A DNA stretch of 64,000 bases from positions 558,001 to 622,000 of the forward strand of contig OZ374558.1 of the NCBI GenBank assembly GCA_977862235.1, read 5' to 3'. This document shows, in pieces, positions 1 to 11,785 of this stretch (position 1 is the first letter of the stretch; each line of letters starts with the position of its first letter). The position numbers were made by a program, and so were the translations under genes. The notes beneath the pieces are model-generated. The model was not told where the DNA came from, did no database searches, and saw nothing but the letters and a program-made list of their open reading frames with translations. The stretch is from Dudresnaya verticillata (taxonomy: Eukaryota).

Positions 1-606
1 TGATGGAGTCATATCAGCAATCGTTTTTCGACGAGGCGACTTCGTAGATTGCAAGTCCACTGTCCCCCCTTTCTTACTCAACATACTTGACGAAACTACG
101 CCGCGTTTCGTGTGAAATTGGACTGTCGGGAAAGTTTACTAAGCACTCAGCCCGTATCGGTGGCGCACTGCATGAATTCGGCAATGGCGTCGGAGACGCC
201 TCTCGGCAGAACTAATTGCCACAACCAGGCGGTGGCTCTCACTTAAAAGTCCGCCACGATAGTAATCTATCTTCGTTACGGACGCGTCAAGCTGGTGACG
301 ACGTCACTTCCTCAAAACACGCAGAAGAATAATGAGAGGTACGAGAACTGCTTTCACACGCGTGCTCAAAAGTGCTCGGCATACGTTCGCTTCGCAGAGA
401 TTTTTCGTAGCGGGTTGGGTCGCAGAAAGTCAAAACTGCGGTAGTTCCTCAAGGGGAGGGCTCGTACCTGAACCTGTTTAAGGATGGTTTCCTGGAGGAC
501 TCGTACAATGTTTGTGAAAGCACAGTTCTATACCCCAACGCGCATATAATCTACTAAATGAAATTCTCTACTTCACAACGTCACCGCTCTGGACGACTAA
601 TGACTG

Positions 607-1250
607 CTAAGGATAAATTTTTATATCCGCACTGTTCAATTCGGATCTATTGGCTTCCAGTAGCGTCTTGGCGTCAATGCGGAGATGCCGAAGAATCGGA
701 TAGCCAATGAGTAGGTCTTCATAAGCTAAGTTGGTATCTGCCACGAGGAACTTGGTGTTCTTCAGGGCCAACCTTACGGAGGTCAGGTGAAGTACAGTCC
801 AGGATGAGGTCCATGTGTGTGAGAAGGTGAAAGCCGGCGCTTGGTTGCCTTCTTTGAGTGACACGCTCAACCGAACAGTCGGAGCTTGGCATATCTTCCG
901 ATGGCTCGGATTACCGCTTTTTGGCAACATTCGGAGAAGCGCTGCTCTCGTCGCTGCCATCGTCGCAGCCGCCAGTAACTTGAAGCGATTTCCGTTTCCG
1001 AAAGTGAAATAGTGCAAAAAGGTGCCTCAAGTTTTGTGGTTGCTCCTGTCTTCGGATTTGCAACCCGTCTGTCAGTACCACTGGTAGAATCGGAAACATC
1101 TGCACTCTTGTCTGCAGCAAGAATCCAGTGCACTGCGTGCGAATGTCGTTGCTATGTCGGATCTTGCGCGGATGCGGGTTGAACCTTTGAAGCTACACTT
1201 CCTCGTCCGATAAATACTCGGCAAGCGGTAGTGATTACTGTGACTTTATT
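607..1250 (-). mobile_element. Degraded LTR-retrotransposon gag/aspartic protease remnant
   Basis: ORF 607-1017 ends with FLVADTNLAYEDLLIGYPILRHLRID, resembling the C-terminal D-x-L/I-I-G motif of retropepsins; upstream frames are broken. Confidence 0.5.
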
Positions 1251-2428
1251 CAAGGAACCGATGTGTCGGTTTTGAAAGTTGGGGACGCTCTCCGCCCTCG
1301 GCTCGGGTATAAGAGAAGTGTTAGCTAATTGACTTAGTGCCTAGGCAACTACTGTGTAGAAGTCGCAATTGTCTACCGAAGTCGTCGGATGAAATACTGT
1401 AAAGGAGGGGAGATGTCGCAGATGGTGGTAAATATCACATCTCTCTGAAGTGGACAGAAATCGGCTCAAAGGAGCCATACCTGTGTATGTGCATCTCCAT
1501 GAGTAGGTACATGGAGGCCCCCTATTCTCTGAAAGACGATTGGGTGCTTGCCGATCAATCGATTATAATAACATTTGAAGTACATAGTTATGTTGGGTAT
1601 AGTTCTTTACTACTGATAGATATCGAAGTGACATCCCATTCTATTAGCCTATTTATTTTATACTGCTTTTTACTTCTAACCTTCATGACATGGGGTTAAA
1701 TAAGCAAAACTCTCCCTTTGGTTCCATAAATATTTTTAAAGCTTGATCAAAGCCGTTATTATTGCCAAGCTTAGTGCGCTTGTATTCGGGTAGGTTGAGA
1801 TACAATAATGGTTATGGCATTAAATGCTAGACACGAATTAGCCAAGGAACACTTTAAACAAGCACAGTTGGCACCAATTCAGGTAGCTGGAGAGATTTAG
1901 CACTGCTTAGTTAGTTACAGTATTGCAAATCTAGAGAGGTCTGAACATAATTGTACGTTAAAGAAGACTAGAGTAAGGGCTATAATGGATCAGCTGTCGT
2001 GCCAGTCCTAATCTTTAGAGCACGTGGCCGATTACAGCCGTGTGATAGTCTGCTTTTCGTGCGGAAGGTGCACTGTTTATGATGCTAACCTCTGTGAAAC
2101 TTATTTTCGCGACATGATGCTAACCCTTCATAATCATCACAGCTTGATTGCTATGCTAATCCTTTAGGGAACATATTACTTTAAATGGCTGAGAATGTGA
2201 ACATTTTAAATAATTGGAAATTTGACCTGCTCCTCCTACAGTATGTGTCCAAAAACGACATCTCTTCCCGCTTAACGGTTATTGTTAGCATAGAAGTCGG
2301 CCATCAGATCCTTTGCTTAAAAAGCCATAAGGCTCCTATTACATAAACCTCCCCTCCCCTCCCCTCTCCGATACATCCCCAAGATCCCTGAGAACCATCT
2401 CTCATCCAACGACCAAAGGGTGCACACC

Positions 2429-3256
2429 ATGACGTCAACTGCTCCCAAAGTACCATCTTCCACCCGCCCGGCTAGAGGGGAACAGGTCCCTGCTGGTGAA
2501 CCGACTGGCTCTAGAGAATTCAACCCCGCGTCTGCAATCCCAGTTGATGCCCATGAAACCGAAGCACCTTCGAAAGAAGTCAAAGAGCGGAGGGCGCTCA
2601 TTGATTCTGAAGAGGAGAGGCTGATTTCGTTGTTTCATCCCGGAAGGGCCTCAACGAAAAAACGTGGAAACGGGAAACTAGCCCAGTATGATTCTGTTCG
2701 AATTGCAGCGAGAGTGATCAGCATCATTGCTCACAGCGACCATTCCCAGAAACTTGATGACGAAAATGCTGCGACTGAGTCTGCAGATAAGGCCACAACA
2801 ACTTTGAAAAGGAAACGGAAGGGAGCTTTCAAGACACAGAATGCGTCACCCGCAAAACGAGCCAAAAAAGAGAGTTCACGCTCCAAGTTTGCGAAACTTA
2901 GGAAAAATGCATCTGTGGCATGCTGGGGCACCGCTAACGAACGCTGGTTTCTTGGGATTGTTCACGGCTACCGTGAGTCTTCGTGCAAATATGAAGTGCA
3001 CGATGCAGCTGACAAGGCCGCAGGAAAGCATTTCGTTTCAAGAGAGAACGTTGCTAGCCTCTCGACTCAGTCTAGGAGGTTCCGAAAGAACCAAAAAGTC
3101 TTTGCCGTTTTCCCGAAAACAACGGTATTCTATCCGGGAACTGTCATGGGTCAAGAATCCAAGAAAATTACCGTAAGGTTTGACGCCGGTCACGGATGGG
3201 ATGAGACAACTGCTGTAATTGATGGAAGGATGATGTTTCCTAGGAATCATCGTTAG
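2429..3256 (+). CDS. SGF29-like tandem Tudor domain protein (SAGA-associated factor 29 family)
   Basis: ATG at 2429; basic NLS-like segment (KRKRK, PAKRAKK); C-terminus WFLGIV..YEVHDA..FRKNQKVFAVFPKTTVFYPGTV..VRFD resembles the SGF29 Tudor signature (VLAxYPxTTxFY). Confidence 0.75.
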   Translation: MTSTAPKVPSSTRPARGEQVPAGEPTGSREFNPASAIPVDAHETEAPSKEVKERRALIDSEEERLISLFHPGRASTKKRGNGKLAQYDSVRIAARVISIIAHSDHSQKLDDENAATESADKATTTLKRKRKGAFKTQNASPAKRAKKESSRSKFAKLRKNASVACWGTANERWFLGIVHGYRESSCKYEVHDAADKAAGKHFVSRENVASLSTQSRRFRKNQKVFAVFPKTTVFYPGTVMGQESKKITVRFDAGHGWDETTAVIDGRMMFPRNHR

Positions 3257-3399
3257 AGAGCGGGATGTTTCTGGTTTAGAAAAGTCAGCGTACTTGTTCT
3301 TTTGAAAGGAGTAAATAGATACGAACTGTATTTTAGTGGTTTCCGACCCAAAGCAACCTGCAATAGTTTGCCGGTTTTGTTAATCCATGTTCATATGAA

Positions 3400-3830
3400 T
3401 ACAATAATACATCCAGAATCAGGTCTGTTCTCCGCAGAGAGTGAGATGCCATACATTCTGTATTGGAGCTAGAGTACAATACCGTATTCAAACCGCTGCA
3501 TCTTCCTGTTTTGATAAGAGCCTCAGCGATTAGCAGATGTGTCCCGCAGCATGCGAACAAAACCAATAGTTATCAATGCTTCATACTATGCAAAAGGTGT
3601 AACACAAATGGTATTCCCCAAACTCTTCAGCCGCTACTCGACATCACACTCCTTTACAAAACATATGAGGCCTCACTGCTCGCTTGTTGCGACGGAACTG
3701 TATAATAAAGATAGCATATTTGCATGTCTTCATTGAGATCTTAGCCTTTACGATCACTCATTCAATTTTCAGGGTTCGGGAACTCTCAACTGTCCCCAAA
3801 CATATAAAACCGTAGCTGTGAGCTGCCTAC
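3400..3830 (-). mobile_element. Highly degraded non-LTR RT fragment, paralogous to 8325-8650
   Basis: 3700-3830 aligns colinearly with 8530-8650 at an offset of about 4830 (cattgaga-cttagcctt-acga-c-ctca). Confidence 0.5.
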
Positions 3831-4551
3831 TATCTAGCAGGTCGCAGATTTTCTGTGAAGATGATGTACAATCCGTAATAGCTTCTAAGAGTGAAATCGA
3901 ACTCAAGAAACCGTAAGGTTGCACCACTCACAGCTCAGGTCCACAGCGAAGCCTGCCTGGGCAAATGACATTGCTCACGTAGTTGCCACTAGTTGAAAAG
4001 TGTGCTTGCTGACGACAATATTGACGACCTACTGCAACAAAGAAAGCTTTCCTGTCCACATAAATCAGGTGCCACTGGAGGTAGCTGAGGAGGCTAGGGT
4101 AGAACTAGTCCGTGTACCGCATTTTCGCTAATCAGTACGAGTGTTTGATTACCAGCTTTGAGAAAACATACAACCAGTCTCATCACGGCAACATCCATAC
4201 GCATATAAATGTATGTTTGGAAGCAAAAATGCCACGATCAGCTCGAGCATCGCAGTTGGAAGCCACAACCGAGAGTAATCCTGGTACAACAGATATTTCA
4301 CTAAATTGGTCTTCCAGGTATTGAATCGCGCAGTTGGGTTTTGCTTTCCCGTCGTTAAGAGCTTCAGTGATTACCAAGCTCCTCCGGGAGAGAACAAGCA
4401 AAGCTGTCTCAAAGCCCCTAGCTGTCAGCGCTTTAGTCTACCGAGAACGTTTAGCACAGAAATGTTTTGTTCCCCAAATCTTCGGCCACTCCTCTACAGT
4501 GCAGTCGTTTACAAAAAATGGAGCCTTACCTGATGCGATGGAACTATTTGT

Positions 4552-5620
4552 GAGAGATGGGGAACTTTATGGTAGGGTTCGAACGGCGCTAGGTCGCCCC
4601 GTCTACTCAAGAACCTACCTGAAGGGCAAGACGACGGCGATTGATCTCCAGCGCTTGAAAACGGAGCAGGTGGGATACAATGCGAATGGTGAGCGCTTGC
4701 GTTTCGTCCGAAGGGTCACTCCCTCGCTGTTCAGACGTAAAGCGGCCAATGGCACGTAACGCCTGACGAGCTTCAGCGCCAATAGCACCGTACGAGTCAA
4801 TACCTACAGCGTAGAAATCCATCCCCTCGCTGTCTATGAGATCTTGGTAATGTGCCCGTTTGGGACGTTCAGCGACCGTCACCGCGCTCCAACCAAGTGA
4901 GAGGCGGCAGTGCAGTCATTTGCAGCAAACGGTGCTGCCACAGTAACATCAAAGACCTGAGGGCGGGGGTTAAAGGCAGAAATAGGAACCACCACGTCCA
5001 TACGGCGGCGAGAACTAGGAAGCAGATGACGTTCAGCGAGAAACGAGTACTCAGCATATATCGGGCGCAAGCCCAACTGACGGAATTCATTGGCCAGAAC
5101 ATCGCATAAGGTGTTATGACGCCGGATAGCGCCTTCGCGCCTCGCGCAGGTGATGGAATGTTGCCCGAGAGGATCAAGTAGAGGAGCGTGCGTCACGCCA
5201 CGAGAGAGTACGCAGTGGGGGCAACGAGTAGTTTCGGTGAAAACTGGGTTGCCCAGGCGGATATCACACGCAGTAATCCATTCCTCTGGGGTGAAGCGAG
5301 TGCCACGGTAGGTATTCCGGAGGGCAGTAAAGGGCGCACTGGCTGCAGATGTGCTGCAGGACAGAGGACAAGCAATGCACCCTTCTTGCACCGTACGAGA
5401 GTGTGAGGAGAGCGGTGGAGAGCGGAGTACAGCTGCGTGGGCAGCTAGAGTACCATTCGTAACAGGCGATTGAATCCCAGGAACCGAACCATTGCCCTGA
5501 GCAGCCTTCACCATTACAGCTTCCGGTTGAAGAGATAGCGGTAGTATAGAAAGTTGTTGAAGAGGAAGCAGAGCTTCAGTAATGGTTCTGTCAACGGAGC
5601 CTTAGTCCCAATCTTCTAAG
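4552..5620 (-). mobile_element. 5'-truncated CRE-like non-LTR retrotransposon (zinc knuckle + REL), family C
   Basis: RLGNPVF..CPHC..HSITC..RRHNTLCDVL..RRMDVVV..FDVTV..IDSYGAIG..INRRR; 3' end CCATAAAGTTCCCCATCTCT; frameshifted. Confidence 0.85.
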
Positions 5621-5639
5621 ACTTCTTGCTCACCCACCT

Positions 5640-8322
5640 GGCCGTACGGAGCCAAGTCGCGTTGCCTTAACTCCTCTCACTGCATTTGTTAACAATTGCG
5701 CTGCTGGCCATCTCCCATCTCCCATCTTCGTTCAGCCCGTGGTTTGTTAGTTCCCTCCTGATTGGTATTCCAAAGTCTAAACCAGGATCCCTACGTCCTA
5801 TAGCTATGGGTTGCATTATTCGGCGTTTTGTATGCCGTCTTCTTGCTCAACGTGCTTCCAAGGATCCTGCTGTGATATCGTATCTACTTCCTTTTCAACT
5901 GGCTGTTGGTACCCCAAATGGAGCCGAGGCCATCATTCATTCACTGCGAGCCTTTATTGCATCTCATCGTACTGAATCCCTCGTCTTGCTCCGCATCGAT
6001 GCTAAGAATGCCTTTAATAGCATTGAGCGCGCTCATTTCTTACGGGAAGTTATTCGCATGTCCCAGGAATTTCTAAGATGGTTCATTACCTCTATTCTGC
6101 ATCACCTAGACTTCTGTTTGGAGAGTTTACCCTGTTTAGTAATACAGGTACCCAGCAGGGCGACCCGTTGAGCATGCTTCTTTTCTGTATTGCTCTACAA
6201 CCGCTTCTTTGTGCCGTTGCCTCCACATTTCGCAGCATTAAGCTTATTTCGGCTTATGCCGACGATTTGTATATCGTGCTTTCCATTTCGTCTGCTGCAG
6301 AAGTCCTACATTTTCTATGCGATCGAGATGCTTCTTATGGTTTTCATGTGCAGCTTGGTTCCCATAAGTCTGACGCCTGGTGGCCTTTTCTGCCTCGCCT
6401 ACGCTGTTCCCCTCTTCGTAATTTACCATGCGATGTTAACCGAAATGCTGCCAGTGAGGTTCTAGGTTCCCCTATTGGGGCTGACAATGCATGTGAGGCT
6501 ATCTTGACGAAGCAATTATAGTCCGTGGCTTTACTCTGGGATCGTTTAATTTCTCTCGGTGACCCTCAACTTGTGTTTCACCTTCTACGCTTCTGTGCTG
6601 GTGTATCAAAACTATCCTACCTGCTTCGAACTACCCCTCCGCACTTAACCTCTTCCATTACCGTGTCCCACGATCTTGGAATGAGACGGGTGTTTGAAGA
6701 AACTCATTGTCTCTTAACCGATTCGATTTGGAAGCTCAGTTCTCTACCGCTGCGATCTGGTGGCCTAGGTCTGACTAGAGCTTCTGTTGTGTATCTCAGC
6801 TATCTACCGTCTCCCGGTTCAAGCATGTCTACCATCCGGACAGTTCATGGTCTTTTCCCTTCCCTGCTGACAAGACCCTTGGGCCTTCTCTGCGCCGTCT
6901 CCGCTCTTCTGTTGGCAACAATTGTCAAGCCCGGCGTAATAATGTAACCACGTTCTTGAATTCTTTCCATGCTACTCCTCATGACTCAAGGTCTCCCGGG
7001 TCTGTGCACCATGAGCTTTTTTTCTTCTGTTAATGCCGTGGTTTTGGCCTCTGTGACCCCGTCATCCAATTCTAGTGATGACCTTCGCTGTCGTCTTCGT
7101 CTGCAACCTACCTGCATGGCCAGTTGTGCGCGCGCAATTGCTGCTGTACCTTTCTCCTTCCATGGTACTCGAGTCGAACCTGAAGTTTGGATATAGATGA
7201 TCCAGCTAGGACTTGGACTTCCCATCTTCAGTGGAGATGACCCATGCCCCCGTTGTGTTGATGGTACCGCTTCTGTCCCCCCTGTTCTTGATGTTTATGA
7301 ACATCACGCTGCGGTCTGCTCTTCTCGTGAGGGCACGATACGCCGTCATGACCTTCTTCGGGATCGCTTAAGCGTTTTATTTCAGACTATCGCCCGCCCC
7401 CATGGCGAGCTCGTTGAAGTTGAACATCGTTTCACTTATTCGGATGAGCATGTGCCCCGTAGCTCTGTCCCCAATGCTTCCCGAACACGTGCTGAACGCA
7501 CACGTGACGAGCGTCATGCTGCTTCTGGTGGTCCCCCACATCCTGTTGATCCACGTGACCAGCTGCATATGGATATTTTCGTTGATGATCGTGGCTTTGC
7601 CCCTCACCCCCATGGATTTGATGTCTCGGTCGCCAGTCCCCATTCTATTCATGGCTCCACTGGTCGCGTTTCTGGCCAAGCAATTGCAGCCCGCGAACGT
7701 GTCAAACGCTCTCATTACCGCCGCGTATGCGCTAGTTTGGATATGGTTCTCCATCCTATGGTTGTAGATGTCTGTGGCCGTGTTGGATCTGGCTTTTGAA
7801 ATTGGCGCCCAACGTATTGCTAAAATACTACTCGACAGCGAGGGAATGGATTTCTATGCTGTCGGTATTGACTCCTACGGCGCTATTGGCTCTGAAGCTC
7901 GTCAGGCGTTACGTGCCATTGGCCGCTTTACGTCCGAACAGAGAGGGAGTAACCCTTCGGACGAAACGCAAGCACTCACGAATCGCATTGTATCTCATCT
8001 TCTCCGCTTTCCGGCGCTGGCGATCAATCGCCGTCGTCTTGCCCTTCAGGTAGGTCCTTGCGTAGACGGGGCGACTTAGCGCCCTTCCAACCCTACCATA
8101 AAGGTCCCCATCTCTCTCTTGCTAATTTCGTTGCCAGCAAGCGCGGGACCTCTCCGTCTACGGAGAAACTTCGCCTCATTACTCGTTTACTCTCTTTAGT
8201 TCTCCAATGCGTCGCGGGGAGTGTCAACCGCCGCAAGCTTGCTCCTCCGCCTCTTTACGGTAGCTCTGCATCCTAAGCCCCCTTAAGGGGCTTCTCTCTC
8301 TTGTTCTTTAATAAAGGTCTAT
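5640..8322 (+). mobile_element. CRE-like non-LTR retrotransposon (RT + zinc knuckle + REL), family A, pseudogenised and interrupted by a nested insertion
   Basis: LRPIAMG, FQLAVG, IDAKNAFNSIER, GTQQGDPLS, AYADD, LGSPIG, LPLRSGGLGL, CPRC..H..VC..RRHD, MDIFVDD..FDVSV; several frameshifts and stops; 3' hairpin then AATAAAGGTCTATCTCT. 4330-4550 may be its degraded upstream part. Confidence 0.9.
7824..8118 (+). mobile_element. Nested 5'-truncated family C copy inside family A
   Basis: Close match to the reverse complement of 4552-4845; flanked by TSD TTGCTAA (7817-7823 and 8119-8125); removing it restores family A ...GAQRIANFVASKRG. Confidence 0.9.
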
Positions 8323-8324
8323 CT

Positions 8325-8650
8325 CTTTCTTATTGCCAGGAGAAGCGAAATCTCCGAGCGGGTTGGTGATAAGGCGAACGGCTGACCGGACTTGAAGCAA
8401 GGAGCCGGCATAAGCAACATGCGCAAAATCAACTGCAGCTGTTATTCCAAGACCCCCAAAGCGAACAGGAAGCGTGGCCAGGCACCATGCTGGGTCCGTA
8501 AGTGGATGGTGTGTCTCTTCGTACGTACTATTTGTGAAGATTAGCACATTTGGAGGCCTTCATTGAGACCTTAGCCTTCACGACCGCTCACTAAATGCCA
8601 ATGATTTAGGAACTGCCCCCAACAGCACAAAATCGTAGGTGCGTGCAGCG
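8325..8650 (-). mobile_element. CRE-like RT thumb-region fragment
   Basis: EETHHPLTDPAWCLATLPVRFGGLGITAA is homologous to EETHCLLTDSIWKLSSLPLRSGGLGL in family A. Confidence 0.75.
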
Positions 8651-8841
8651 GCCTAATGTGACAAATAGGCGGGCGGATTCTTCATCGACAGTCGGCCGAC
8701 GCCCGCCTATCCCGCCTTTGTATATATATTAGACTATGACGGCTATGCTGTTTATCAACCACAGTGTTTCCTTCCATCGTTCTCTACAATCAGCACAGCT
8801 ATCAAACCTCTCTCTTCACTCGTGCAAGCAAGTGTCGTTCG

Positions 8842-9992
8842 ATGAACAACACCCCGAATGCTGGAGAGGAACGTGTGCGCAGAATGGCACCTCCGAGCGT
8901 ACTGCCAGGCCACGTTCCTAACAAATCCACCGAGCCCACTGAGCCCACCGAGCCCAACGAACAACACCTTCCTTCATACAGGGATTTAGTTGAAGGTCTA
9001 GTTCGGCCCTGTCGTTATTGCGTTCCGATGCCTCCTCCTGGATTTTCCTTTCCGCTATCCAAGCCGTTTCATTACTTCCCCGCACCAGGACCTGTGCCAT
9101 TCTATTCTCGTCCAACTCTCCCGCTGCCGCCGACAGCAGCGCAGGCACAGGGCTTTTCAATGGCGCCCAGAGCCCAAAACTGGGGCACCAATGTCTCGGT
9201 CCGCAACCCAGCGACACAAAGCAGTGCAAGGGTAGTCAGTCGAGACTTACCGCAACAAGGAGATGAAGGACTTTCATTTAGGACGAGGAAGCGTCAAATT
9301 GGTAGCGAAGCATGCCCCCAGGAGCTTGACGGCAACAAGAAAGCTAAGGGTTCAACCCTCGAAGATCAAAGTTCTAAAAAGGGAGAAGGAAACCCGATCG
9401 TTGGAGACAAGCCTATGAAGTCGTTGAAAACGGCAAACAATGCGGGTGCTGGCGATTCTACTGTGAATCAACCAGAGAAAACAAAAGGGGGCACCTCTAA
9501 TTGTCCAGAGGAGCGGAAGGTCAGAAAGCACAAGTGCCCATATGAAGGATGTGGGAAAGAATACATGAAAAGATACTCGCTTCAACAGGTACGTCTTAAG
9601 GTCTCATGCCTACTTTGAATGTTTTCGAGGTACTGCCGCATGGATGTAGTTTCTAACCTCCACGTTTTCCCTCATGCGTGATTGTGTCTTGAAAATGGGT
9701 TGAGCAGCATTTGGGAATCGTTCACGAGCGAGTTCCAGAGTTCAAATGTCTCGTGCAGGGCTGTGGGAGGGTTTACAGGCAGCCATCGCACCGTAACGCT
9801 CACATGCGCAACAAACATGCAGCTGTGGAAAATCTTCCCGCATTGCTTGAGGCGGACCACAACCGCCGCCGCCTAACACGCCGGTCATCTCTTTCGAAAC
9901 GACAGCAGGAAACAGGAAGCAAGGCAGACCCTTTAACACCTGGTCACCAGAACGGGAGCAATGTAGCTGTTTTCCAGCTTGATTCGAAGTAG
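8842..9992 (+). CDS. C2H2 zinc-finger protein, 2 exons (8842-9588, 9708-9992)
   Basis: Phase-0 intron 9589-9707 (GTACGT...CTAAC branch...CAG); splicing completes finger CPYEGCGKEYMKRYSLQQ|HLGIVH; second finger CLVQGCGRVYRQPSHRNAHMRNKH; TATATA near 8721. Confidence 0.9.
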
Positions 9993-10614
9993 ACTGCTGT
10001 CATTTATTACTTAATAACCTTTGTGTAACACCCTTACGGGAACTAGTACGTTTCATTCCCATGCATAGGTGTAGAAGCATCAACATTTGATGTACAGAAT
10101 TCCCAGTCTTCCTCGCCAGTATAACTTATGACGGAGGGTTTGGTCTTCTTGTTCGTTAGTTTTTGGCCCTTGTGTACTGTCCTTTCTGGGACGCGTGTGG
10201 GCTATCCCTGGCTTTTGTACTGCCACCCACGGGGTTTTACAGTAATGTTTAGGACAACATTTTGGTCTCTTCTTAGAGTACGTTTTCTCGTCCGTAACAG
10301 AGGTACTAGTGTTGCTTTGGATAATCAGGCTTACCTCTTGGAAGTCTAACCTATATGCACTAAAAGATAGATGACATTAAATACTGCAAGATATATAGAC
10401 AGTTGACATAGTCGCCGAGTTGTTCACCAAGGAGGCCAAAATTGCAAGCAGGGAGCTTTCGTCAACAACTTCGGCCAGTTTAACACAGGCATAAGCGTCT
10501 CCTTCAAAGCAAGCCATATTGTAGTGTTCTACATAATGTGTAGTAGTACTTGATAGCCGTGTCGGTTGCCGACGAAAACTGCAGACGCGCCCAAGCTATT
10601 GTTACGGTGAGGTT

Positions 10615-10795
10615 CTAGACTGCTGTCCAGCTCACACGAACACCCCCGCGAGACATGATCCCACGACCTCCATGGCGGGCCAAGAAAAAAGAAACCGCTA
10701 AGGCATTACCGCTTTCCTTGTGGGGTTTCTGGGTCTAGTGCCGTTATGCTCCCTGCTTAACACCCGACCTTCAGTTGGTATCTAGAAGGTTCAAC
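10615..10795 (-). repeat. Dispersed repeat copy 1 with a tRNA-like core (second copy at 34882-35070)
   Basis: Colinear match including gatcccac-acctccatggcgg-ccaag-aaaaagaaacc-ctaa and atgctccct-cttaa. Confidence 0.7.
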
Positions 10796-10844
10796 ATCGC
10801 TTGAAGAATATTGTACAGGAACCAATATAATTCAAGAGTGGCAA

Positions 10845-11380
10845 GCAGCCCATTAATCACAAGATTCAAATTAAGTCCCTTAAGGGGACTTAATACGCAC
10901 TGTTACTAACGCGGCGGTCAACAAGCTTGCGCCTCTTAACAGAAACCGCGACGCACTGTCATACTAAAGAGGTAAGGCGGGTGAGAAGGGAGGCCTTCTC
11001 GCTAGATGGGGACGTGCTGTTTTTCTCAGCAAGGAAATTCGCAATGCGTTGCGCACCGCAATCAAAGCCATGGCCGGTGGAGCCATAGACGTCCATAACC
11101 ATCGGGTGAAGTTCGAAATAGTTGTTCTCGCAGAGGCGACGATAGTGGCGGGCTTTTTCTTTTTCTCGAGATTGAATCGCAAGATGGGCTCGAGACAGAG
11201 CACGACAAGAGGAAGAGTGGAGAGTTACGACCGAGACGTCAAACGCTTGAGCAGTTGGTGCGAAGCCACGGTCATCCACAAAACCGTCCATACGAAGCTG
11301 ATCGCGACGAAGCTCGGGATGTTGGTCAGCGGTGCGATCTGTAACACGATCGAGGTATCGTTGATCACGGCGGCGCTCTG
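10845..11380 (-). mobile_element. 5'-truncated CRE-like REL fragment, family B
   Basis: MDGFVDDRGFAP..FDVSV..EKEKARHY..LHPMVMDVYG; 3' hairpin TTAAGTCCC-CTTAA-GGGACTTAA. Confidence 0.85.
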
Positions 11381-11750
11381 AAGCGGAACGAGGAGGAGAG
11401 GGTACAATAAAGGAACCACTCTGTCCCTCCTCATATGTGTAACGCCCTGCGCTACAAGCTCATCCTTCCGCTCTGGGAGCGAAGGAGAGAGCCTACTAGA
11501 ACCTATCTGGTCTAGTCGTCTGTGAGCCGTTGGAGTAGCCCAGCACAGCGTGAAAGGTCGCAGGTTCGAGTCTCCGAGCGGGAGGCTCGAGCTCTTTTTC
11601 CTGACGCGACGCTGCGACTCCGAAACTCGCTACAATGCGTCGGGTGTTCGAAACCACCATGCCTTAGTCATGAATGGGTGGAAAAGGTAAAACTGCTTGT
11701 AGCTCCCATCAGCAACAGCTCAAGTTAAAACGAAACTCTTCCAGAAAACT

Positions 11751-11785
11751 GCTGTAGTCTTTCCTATACATAAAGGTCTCCATCT
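11751..11785 (+). mobile_element. 35-bp retrotransposon 3' end insertion
   Basis: GCTGTAGTCTTTCCTATACATAAAGGTCTCCATCT is nearly identical to 26637-26671; imperfect TSD CCAGAAAACT / CTGGAAAACT. Confidence 0.8.
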
